Below, piece by piece: positions 8,632 to 15,372 of a stretch of 32,144 nt of DNA. The stretch spans positions 1 to 32,144 of the forward strand of contig JASHQO010000534.1 in NCBI GenBank assembly GCA_030039105.1, in the 5' to 3' direction. Under the pieces are notes generated by a model, which was not told the DNA's origin, ran no database searches, and was given only the letters and a program-made list of their open reading frames with translations. This DNA comes from Xanthobacteraceae bacterium (GTDB taxonomy: Bacteria; Pseudomonadota; Alphaproteobacteria; Rhizobiales; Xanthobacteraceae). The first letter of the stretch is position 1; each line of letters opens with the position of its first letter. The translations under genes and the position numbers were made by a program.

Positions 8632-9182
8632 CGCATGCTCTCGATGACCGACTGCAGTCCGCGTTCAAGCGATACGGCCGGCTGCCAACCCAGAACCCGA
8701 CGCGCCACCGTCGCATCCATGCGCGCCTGCGCGATCTCGTGCGGCCTGGGTTGCCCGGTCGCCCGATAGGACTTGTGCCGCCCGGCGACCCGGCAGCTAC
8801 AACGGATGATCTCTTCGACCGAATAGGCCGTTCCCGAGCCGAGGTTGAAAATCGAACCCGCCGGCGCCATCGTCGAGAGCAGCATCGCATCCACCACATC
8901 GTCAACATGAATATAATCGCGGCGCGGTGCAAGGTCTTGCACCAGAATCTCCGGGCTCCTGTCGTCCAGCAGTTGAGCGATCACGTGCGGGATCAAAAAG
9001 CTTTTCGTTTGGCCTGGGCCGTAAATGTTAGCCGGCCGAAGCGTCACCGTCTTCACGCCGAAATGCGAACCGTAGAACGTGCAAACCTGCTCGCCGATCG
9101 GCACCATCGGTTTCGGCAGCGTGATGGTGAAGGGATGCAGCCGCGTGCCGCGGCCGCCGGCAAGAATGACGGCGCGGCTCAT
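8628..9182 (-). CDS. Chimeric relic ORF: about 31 aa of a sugar-1-phosphate nucleotidyltransferase N-terminus fused in frame to the C-terminal half of an NAD-dependent epimerase/dehydratase; possibly a pseudogene
   Basis: MSRAVILAGGRGTRLHPFTITLPKPMVPIGE (NTP-transferase signature GGxGTRLxPxTxxxPKP) runs directly into QVCTFYGSHFGVKTVTLRPANIYGPGQ...RDYIHVDDVVDA...LGWQP. This is the SDR region downstream of the catalytic YxxxK. The product has no Rossmann GxxGxxG motif and no catalytic Tyr. The junction is near nt 9086-9092. Confidence 0.6.
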   Translation of the reverse strand: MSRAVILAGGRGTRLHPFTITLPKPMVPIGEQVCTFYGSHFGVKTVTLRPANIYGPGQTKSFLIPHVIAQLLDDRSPEILVQDLAPRRDYIHVDDVVDAMLLSTMAPAGSIFNLGSGTAYSVEEIIRCSCRVAGRHKSYRATGQPRPHEIAQARMDATVARRVLGWQPAVSLERGLQSVIESMR

Positions 9183-9334
9183 GGCGCAGCACCCGCGCTT
9201 GTCCGAGGCACCCGGCCGTCTTGGTCCATTGCCTCAATTTATCCGATCGCTGACGCCGGGAACAGGTCTTGCGTCTCAAATGCAAAAAGTCCAATCATCC
9301 CGAATTCTCAGTCTATCAGATAGACAGGCACCTC

Positions 9335-10999
9335 GTGACAGCAAAAGTGTTGCCGGGCGAAGCTTTAGGCGGCGTACCTGTCCATAGCCGAAGAGAGGCG
9401 CTTGCAAGCCTTTCTGCACTTGTCATCGCGCTGTTGCTGCTCGCCGCCATGCTTGGCACTTTGTTCGAAAAGAACCTGATCGGAATCGTTACGCCGCAAA
9501 GTGTGGATCGTGAGCTTTACGGCACTGCCGCCGCGCTGACCAAATTGAAATTTGGGATGGGGGGCGCGGCGGTTGACATGCGCATCTTCGCCACGCTTGC
9601 CAGAAGCGGCTTTACCGACGGTCCGCTTCCGGAGTTGCGCAAGCCCTTTCCCGAGAACCTAGGCGACGCCGAATTGCTGCAATCCGCCTTGGAGAAAGCG
9701 CAGACGATCGACTTGGCGCCGCCCAGGGCGTTCACCAATGCCGATGGCGAATACACCGATCTCACCAGCTTCACAGGAGAAGATACCGGCATCGCCACCT
9801 ACGCCTTTCTGGCGTTCGTTATATTCGGTGTGCATATCTCGTCGCTCACGTACTTCTATTTCGTGGTCGTGACGGCATCTTTGCTCCTGTATGGCGCGGG
9901 TCACGGTCGCAGCGTCGATGCAATGGCCGTCGGCGCCGTCATGACGCTGGCGCTTTATGTTGTGGCCTGTTCGAATTTCATCAACTTCCAGGCGACCGGC
10001 ACCGACGTGAAGGACGTCCGGTTTCTCAGTACCCTCGCCGCCATTCCGACGCTCCATCTTCTCGTCACATGGACGCGGTACAATTATCGGCTGAACCTGT
10101 TGGATTATGCCATTCTCGCGTTGCAGTCCGGAATTTTCGCCTTTGCTCTGCAAATCCGTGTTTCCACGATTTGGGCGGTGCTGGCGCTCACTCTCTATTG
10201 GATGGCGATCGTGAGCCTGCGCCGAGGTGATGTGTCGGGATCTCTCTTGAAATGGCGGCAACCGCGCTCGGCGGTCACGCTGGCGGCTGTGTTCGCCGTC
10301 CTGATCTCTGCACGCGTGCTGGCGACGTTATCGCTCAGTCCAGTCTACGCTGCCCGGGGTGACGTGACGCACCATACCTTTTGGCAGGGCGTGCTGTCGT
10401 CGCTGCAGTTGACGCCGGAATGGGAAAAAAAATACGGCCGCTCGGTGAATGGCGCTGAAGGCGACGCGATGCCCGCGGAAGTCGCGCATATCGCCATCAT
10501 GAAGCTGCCTCCCGAGCAGCGGCGGCAATATGTAAACAGCGACGGAGGAACAAAGAAATTCGCCCTTGAGAAATTCAGCCAGGTAGCGTTCTTCAATATT
10601 TTATCGAACGATCCGCGGTTCGTCCTGTACACTTTTTTCGTCGCCAAGCCGCTGCGCATCATGCAATCGGAGGTCCTGTTCTTCCGCGGACTGTTTGCCG
10701 GTCTCCCGATCTGGAATGTCCTGGTGCCCGTTGCCGCGCTGATGGTCTTGACTTGGCTCGTCGCGCGACATTGCGAAGCGCGGGCGACGCTGCTGGCCAC
10801 GGCCAAAGCGGCGCCGCTCTTTGTCCTGGTGTCATGGCTGCCGAATTGGCTGGTCGCGCTGAATCCCCTGGTGATGATCGATAATTTCGTGTGGCTCTTG
10901 TTTCTCTTATGTGCGGCCCTAGTGCTGATTGGCGCCGCTCTTGCGCGATCGGCTGGCGCCGGCAAACCGGGTGCGGCAATCGCTTCGTTGCGTGGCTGA
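9335..10999 (+). CDS. Polytopic membrane protein, paralog A of an unassigned three-member family (candidate GT-C/GtrC-like transferase)
   Basis: The track ORF starts at TTG 9269, but codons 1-22 are AT3-rich and look non-coding. In-frame GTG at 9335 (or 9347) is more plausible; the start remains uncertain. Layout: N-terminal TM, a hydrophilic segment, a TM block, a second hydrophilic segment, then C-terminal TMs. Colinear motifs are shared with 17965..19587 and 25482..27176. Confidence 0.75.
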   Translation: MTAKVLPGEALGGVPVHSRREALASLSALVIALLLLAAMLGTLFEKNLIGIVTPQSVDRELYGTAAALTKLKFGMGGAAVDMRIFATLARSGFTDGPLPELRKPFPENLGDAELLQSALEKAQTIDLAPPRAFTNADGEYTDLTSFTGEDTGIATYAFLAFVIFGVHISSLTYFYFVVVTASLLLYGAGHGRSVDAMAVGAVMTLALYVVACSNFINFQATGTDVKDVRFLSTLAAIPTLHLLVTWTRYNYRLNLLDYAILALQSGIFAFALQIRVSTIWAVLALTLYWMAIVSLRRGDVSGSLLKWRQPRSAVTLAAVFAVLISARVLATLSLSPVYAARGDVTHHTFWQGVLSSLQLTPEWEKKYGRSVNGAEGDAMPAEVAHIAIMKLPPEQRRQYVNSDGGTKKFALEKFSQVAFFNILSNDPRFVLYTFFVAKPLRIMQSEVLFFRGLFAGLPIWNVLVPVAALMVLTWLVARHCEARATLLATAKAAPLFVLVSWLPNWLVALNPLVMIDNFVWLLFLLCAALVLIGAALARSAGAGKPGAAIASLRG

Positions 11000-11069
11000 G
11001 TACGGTTGCGCGACGTAACCTGCCTATTTATAAACGGCTCGCGGTCGAGGGCCCGGTTGCCCTAACGCC

Positions 11070-11822
11070 ATGAGCAGCGCGATGCATCAAAGCATTCAAG
11101 CGTTCTACGATCGCAAGTACACGCAGGGCAGCGAAATCCCGCGCACCAGCAAGATTTTCACCATCGACTGCGTGCCCGACGACACCCCGCTCGACATTCT
11201 CGACGTCGGCTGCGGCTCCGGCAGCAATTCGCTGGCGCTGGCCGCCAAAGGCCACAAGGTCCGCGGCGTCGACATTTCCGAACAAGGTATCGCGCGTTAT
11301 TGCAGTCACGGCTTCGACGGCCACGTCGTCGATCTGGAAAGCGGCATCGACTATCCCGACGGCACATTCGACCTGACGTTCTGTTCCGAGGTGATCGAGC
11401 ATATGGCCTCGCCCGACGTTCTTGCCGGCGAGATGTTTCGCGTGCTCAAGCCCGGCGGCCGCTTGGTACTGTCGACGCCGAACTCGGCATTCTGGCTCTA
11501 CCGCGCGCTCGGCCTGCTCGGCTTCACCGTAAGCGAGCTGCAGCACCCCAAGCACTTTCAGTTCTTCTCGCGCCGCAGCCTGCTGAAATTGCTGAAAACC
11601 GCCGGCTTCAGGCCGCTGGAGCTGACCGGGCGCAACATGTACCTCATCGTCCCGGCGTTGCCCGGGCCGCTCGACGGCCTGTTGCCGAAACTCGGCTTCA
11701 CCCGCGAAGTGCGCTTCCGCACCGGCAAGCATTTCTGGCATCTGTCGCACAAGGCGAGCTTTTACAACGCCTTGTTCGCCGATTGCCTGATCATGGTGAT
11801 GGAGAAGCCACGCGTCGCCTGA
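11070..11822 (+). CDS. Class I SAM-dependent methyltransferase
   Basis: 250 aa. Motifs: ILDVGCGSGSNSLALAAKGHKVRGVDIS (motifs I/II), FDLTFCSEVIEHM, LKPGGRLVLSTPN. Confidence 0.85.
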   Translation: MSSAMHQSIQAFYDRKYTQGSEIPRTSKIFTIDCVPDDTPLDILDVGCGSGSNSLALAAKGHKVRGVDISEQGIARYCSHGFDGHVVDLESGIDYPDGTFDLTFCSEVIEHMASPDVLAGEMFRVLKPGGRLVLSTPNSAFWLYRALGLLGFTVSELQHPKHFQFFSRRSLLKLLKTAGFRPLELTGRNMYLIVPALPGPLDGLLPKLGFTREVRFRTGKHFWHLSHKASFYNALFADCLIMVMEKPRVA

Positions 11823-11836
11823 CTGTTGTGGTCAGG
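11818..11836. terminator. Short hairpin spanning both stop codons of a convergent gene pair
   Basis: CCTGAC (11818-11823), a 7-nt loop, then GTCAGG (11831-11836). It contains TGA 11820-11822 (+ gene) and tca 11832-11834 (- gene). There is no U-tract, so the terminator role is speculative. Confidence 0.2.
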
Positions 11837-12758
11837 AACGGCCCGCCGAGCCGCGCTTGCGATCGAAGCTGCCGGCGGCGTCGCGGTTTTCGTTGAGCGC
11901 CGAATCGATCGGGATGGTGCTGTCGCGATGCACGCGGCCCATTTCGATCAAGAGCGCGGTCTGGGCGCCGTCGAGATTTTCCACGTCCTCGCGCGACCAG
12001 CGGTGATAGCGCGTCGCCGCCTTGATCGGAACGTCGCGCAACACCCGGTGCAGGCGCCGGATGTCGACGAAGTTGCGAATGACCTTGTGCAGCATCAGAT
12101 TGCGCGCCCTGCGCAGCTCGACGATCGGCACCGGCACTTCGGCGATCCAGAGCTGGGCGCGGGCGGCGCGCAACGTGAATTCGGTGTCGAACTGGCCGCG
12201 CCGCATGACGCATTGCCGGAAGATCGGCCGCATCACCGGAAGATAAAGGAATTTCAGCCCGTGGGTGTCGGAGCCGACGAAGCCGAACACCGCCTGCAGG
12301 ATGGTGTTGAGGCCCCAACTCAAGAGCTTGCGGTAATTCTGTTGCTGGTTGAGCGAGACGTCGGCCCGCTTCGAGCCGACCACGAGATCGTAGACCCCGC
12401 GGGTGCGGAAGCACCAGCGCATGAACGGCGCGTCCCAGAAATCGACGTTGATGATGAAGCCCCACGGCCCGGCGGCGTGCGCCAGGCCCTGGCACAGCGC
12501 CTCGCCGTAATCGGGCTTATCGAGCTCGACCAGCACCGAGCCCGGCCAGCGCCGCACGATCTCGGCGCAGACGGCGGCGGAGCCGTCGGTCGAGCCGTTG
12601 TCGACCAGCACGAACTGCCAACGGCCGCGGCCGACGAAATCGTCAAGATGCGGCGCCAGCTCCTCGGCCATGTCGACCAGCAGCGATGCCTCGTTATAGA
12701 CTGGCACGACGATCGAGACGTGCAACGAATTGTGCACTGCCGGGCTGTCGGCGCTCAT
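11832..12758 (-). CDS. GT2-family glycosyltransferase (soluble)
   Basis: 308 aa. ATG at 12758 is preceded by AAGGGGAG. Motifs: VSIVVPVYNEASLL and FVLVDNGSTDGS, typical of a GT-A/GT2 N-terminus. Confidence 0.8.
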   Translation of the reverse strand: MSADSPAVHNSLHVSIVVPVYNEASLLVDMAEELAPHLDDFVGRGRWQFVLVDNGSTDGSAAVCAEIVRRWPGSVLVELDKPDYGEALCQGLAHAAGPWGFIINVDFWDAPFMRWCFRTRGVYDLVVGSKRADVSLNQQQNYRKLLSWGLNTILQAVFGFVGSDTHGLKFLYLPVMRPIFRQCVMRRGQFDTEFTLRAARAQLWIAEVPVPIVELRRARNLMLHKVIRNFVDIRRLHRVLRDVPIKAATRYHRWSREDVENLDGAQTALLIEMGRVHRDSTIPIDSALNENRDAAGSFDRKRGSAGRS

Positions 12759-12912
12759 CCCGCTCCCCTTGGCCGCGTGCAGGGCCCTGCGGTGTCCCTA
12801 GGTGCTGCCTCTGCACGTCTAGCATGCCGCGGCGAGTCGGGCCACGGCCAAATCGGGCTGGCGGCTCGTGTGGATACGTTGCGGCGGCCGCGGCCTGGAG
12901 CAGTTTCGTCTG

Positions 12913-12941
12913 TTGCGCCAATATCATGCAGCCGCTATACG
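12913..12941 (+). promoter_or_regulatory. Candidate sigma70-like promoter for the dehydratase-sqdB-epimerase unit
   Basis: TTGCGC (12913-12918), 17 nt, then TATACG (12936-12941), about 25 nt upstream of ATG 12966. This is a pattern match only. Confidence 0.2.
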
Positions 12942-12965
12942 CCATTGATCAGAAGCCGCGTTGGA

Positions 12966-14081
12966 ATGCCTGAGCCCCCAGGCAACCGCACCGCCGTTGA
13001 CCGCATGAATGCCGGCACCCATCCGTCTGCGCAGGACCATGCTCGGGCCTATTTGCGCGGCAAGCGCGTCATGGTCACCGGCGTGTGCGGCACCGTCGGC
13101 AAGCAACTGGCGCGGCAGCTTCTGGAAAATTTCGAGATCGCCTCGCTGACCGGCATCGACAACAACGAAAGCGAGCTTGCCTTTCTGGAGGAGCGCTACA
13201 GCTCCCGCCACAACGCCCACTTTCTGCTCGCCGATATCCGCGACCTCGGCGCCATAACGCGGGAGACCCGCAACATCGAGGTGCTGTTCCACGCCGCCGC
13301 CTACAAGCACGTGGCGCTGTGCGAGCGTTCGCCGTTCGAGGCGATTCAGACCAACGTCATCGGCGTGCACAATATCGCCCGCGCCGCCGTGGAGAACGGC
13401 GTCGGGCGGCTGGTCTTCACGAGTTCGGACAAGGCGGTCAACCCGACCAACGTCATGGGCACTTCGAAGCTGATGGGCGAGCGGCTCGTCACCGCCGCTG
13501 CGCTCGATCCGAACCTCAAGGGTTCGACGTTCCTGTCGACGCGGTTCGGCAACGTGCTCGGCTCGCGCGGCTCCGTCATTCCCATCTTTCGCGACCAGAT
13601 ACGCAACGGCGGGCCAGTCACCCTGACTGACCCGGAGATGACGCGCTTCATCATGTCGTTGCACGACGCGGTGCGCCTCGTCATCGAGTCGATGGTGCTC
13701 GGGCAGCCGGGCGACGTGCTGATCACCAAGATGCCGGCGATCCGCATCGCCGACTTCGCCACCGTCATGGTGCGGGAATTCGCGCCGCAATGCGGCCGCC
13801 GGTCGCAAGACATCGAGATCAAGGTGGTCGGTCCGAAGCCGGGCGAGAAGCACTACGAGGAATTGATGAACGACGAGGAGACACGCCGGGCGTTGGAGCT
13901 CGAGCGTTATTTCGTCGTGCGTCCGGCCTTTGCGTTGCCGCAGCCGACGGAGCCCTACCGCGAGCAGCGCATGGCGGCGGTCGAGCAGCCTTACAATTCG
14001 ACGAACGTTGCGACGCTGTCGCAAGCCGAGCTCACCGATTTTCTGCGCCGGCACAGCCTGCTCGGCGGCGCGCCGGACTAA
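12966..14081 (+). CDS. PseB/FlaA1/CapD-type nucleotide-sugar 4,6-dehydratase family SDR
   Basis: Only the C-terminal ~370 codons of track ORF 11826..14081 look real. Candidate starts are ATG 12966 or ATG 13005. Motifs: KRVMVTGVCGTVGKQL, HAAAYKHVALCE, FTSSDKAVNPTNVMGTSKLMGE, RFGNVLGSRGSVIP. Confidence 0.8.
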   Translation: MPEPPGNRTAVDRMNAGTHPSAQDHARAYLRGKRVMVTGVCGTVGKQLARQLLENFEIASLTGIDNNESELAFLEERYSSRHNAHFLLADIRDLGAITRETRNIEVLFHAAAYKHVALCERSPFEAIQTNVIGVHNIARAAVENGVGRLVFTSSDKAVNPTNVMGTSKLMGERLVTAAALDPNLKGSTFLSTRFGNVLGSRGSVIPIFRDQIRNGGPVTLTDPEMTRFIMSLHDAVRLVIESMVLGQPGDVLITKMPAIRIADFATVMVREFAPQCGRRSQDIEIKVVGPKPGEKHYEELMNDEETRRALELERYFVVRPAFALPQPTEPYREQRMAAVEQPYNSTNVATLSQAELTDFLRRHSLLGGAPD

Positions 14082-14210
14082 AGCATGATCCCGAAAAAGC
14101 CTGTCCTCGGACTTGATCCGAGGATGGAAACCCGGTTTTCGGAAAAGATCATGCGCAAGCAAAAGGCTGGAGCGGGATGACGATTCGACCAAAACTCATT
14201 CCGCTCTAGC
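14082..14210. repeat. Intergenic REP/MITE-like repeat typical of Bradyrhizobium-like genomes (recognised from memory)
   Basis: Nested inverted repeats. Outer: GCATGATC (14083-14090) with GATCATGC (14147-14154). Inner: CCTCGGA (14105-14111), cttga, TCCGAGG (14117-14123). Its three frames read ...RFSEKIMRKQKAGAG, ...GFRKRSCASKRLERDDDSTKTHSAL and ...VFGKDHAQAKGWSGMTIR. I recall these as recurrent spurious small ORFs in this bacterial group. Confidence 0.5.
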
Positions 14211-14221
14211 GGGAGCCGGCC

Positions 14222-15370
14222 ATGCGCGCGCTTATTCTCGGCGGCGACGGTTATCTCGGCTGGCCGACGGCCATGGCGTTTTGCCGCGCCGGCCACGAGG
14301 TCTGCGCCGTCGACAACTATCTGCGCCGCAAGATCGCACGCGATACCCATTCCGACGCGCTGATGGCCAATCCGCTGCTACCGGAACGCGCAGCGCTGTT
14401 CGAGCGACTCACCGGAGCGAAGATCGAGGTGGCGATCGGCGATTGCTGCGATTTTGCTTTCCTGTCGGGGCTGGTTGGAAAGTTCGCACCCGACGTGCTG
14501 GTGCACTACGCCGAGCAACCGTCGGCGCCTTATTCGATGATGGGTTATGACAAAGCACACGCCACGCTGTCGAACAATCTTACCGCCACCTTCAACACCA
14601 TCTGGGCGGTGATGCAGCACGCGCCCGACTGCCACATCATCAAGCTCGGTACCATGGGCGAATACGGCACGCCCAATATCGACATCGAGGAAGGTTGGAT
14701 CGACATCGAGCACAAGGGCCGCAGCGACAGGTTTCTGTTCCCGCGGCAGGCCGGCAGCCTCTATCACACCACCAAGGTGCTCGACACCGATCTGTTGTGG
14801 TTCTACGTGCGCATTCACGGCCTGCGCGTCACCGACCTGATGCAGGGGCCGGTCTACGGGCTCTCCACCGACGAGGCCGATCTCGACCTGCGGCTGTTAC
14901 CGAATTTTCACTACGACGATATCTTCGGCACGGTGGTGAATCGCTTCCTGGTGCAGGCCGTGGCGCGCATCCCGCTGACGGTGTACGGCCGTGGCGGCCA
15001 GAAGCGCGGCTACCTGAACCTGCGTGACACCTTGCAATGCGTCGCCCTTGCGGCGGCGCATCCGCCGGCCAAGGGCGAGCTGCGCATTCTCAATCAATTC
15101 ACCGAGACGTTCTCCGTCAACGAACTGGCCGAGCGCGTGCAGCGTGTCGGGCGGTCGCTCAATCTCGCGGTCGAGATCCAGCACCTCGACAACCCGCGCA
15201 AGGAGATGGAGGAGCACTACTACAATCCGGCGCATCACGGCCTGGCCGAGCTCGGCCTCAAGCCGCATCTGATGACCGATGACGTGGTCGCGGCCATGCT
15301 GGAGCGGGTGTTCGAATATCGCGATCGTATCGTCGCCGATCGCATCATGCCGCGCGTGCGGTGGCGCTGA
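14222..15370 (+). CDS. sqdB: UDP-sulfoquinovose synthase homolog (SqdB/SQD1/Agl3 family SDR)
   Basis: The 382-aa product is colinear with SQD1 as I remember it. Motifs: LILGGDGYLGW, HYAEQPSAPYSMM, KLGTMGEYGTPNIDIEEGW, SLYHTTK (Y-H-x-x-K), TDLMQGPVYG, FGTVVNRFLVQA, PLTVYGRGGQKRGYLNLRDTLQC, NQFTETFSVNELA, NPRKEMEEHYYN. GGGAG lies 7 nt upstream of the ATG. Confidence 0.8.
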   Translation: MRALILGGDGYLGWPTAMAFCRAGHEVCAVDNYLRRKIARDTHSDALMANPLLPERAALFERLTGAKIEVAIGDCCDFAFLSGLVGKFAPDVLVHYAEQPSAPYSMMGYDKAHATLSNNLTATFNTIWAVMQHAPDCHIIKLGTMGEYGTPNIDIEEGWIDIEHKGRSDRFLFPRQAGSLYHTTKVLDTDLLWFYVRIHGLRVTDLMQGPVYGLSTDEADLDLRLLPNFHYDDIFGTVVNRFLVQAVARIPLTVYGRGGQKRGYLNLRDTLQCVALAAAHPPAKGELRILNQFTETFSVNELAERVQRVGRSLNLAVEIQHLDNPRKEMEEHYYNPAHHGLAELGLKPHLMTDDVVAAMLERVFEYRDRIVADRIMPRVRWR

Positions 15371-15372
15371 TC

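Noticed and set aside
7604-8932. Upstream 443 codons of the 861-aa track ORF 6347..8932
   Set aside because: This part runs in an alternative frame straight through the GT2 gene and the chimeric ORF and is Arg-rich nonsense. Only the portion from ATG 7603 onward has SDR motifs.
10425-10432. A8 homopolymer inside membrane paralog A (also A7/T7 at 20230-20236) as a possible phase-variation tract
   Set aside because: It simply encodes E-K-K in frame and is short for a contingency locus. There is no second tract or promoter context, and I know of no homopolymer switching in this bacterial group. It is noted but not proposed.
11826-12965. N-terminal half of the 751-aa track ORF 11826..14081
   Set aside because: It is the antisense shadow of the GT2 gene 11832..12758. 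SDR similarity begins only after ATG 12966/13005.
12924-14192. 422-aa - strand ORF
   Set aside because: It is antisense to the dehydratase-family gene, with a low-complexity translation (runs of R, L, H, D) and no motifs. The same reasoning applies to 15235..16227(-), 20515..21513(-), 21574..22233(+), 26211..27119(+), 29008..30207(-), 30528..31715(-), 4169..4903(-) and 6488..7705(+).
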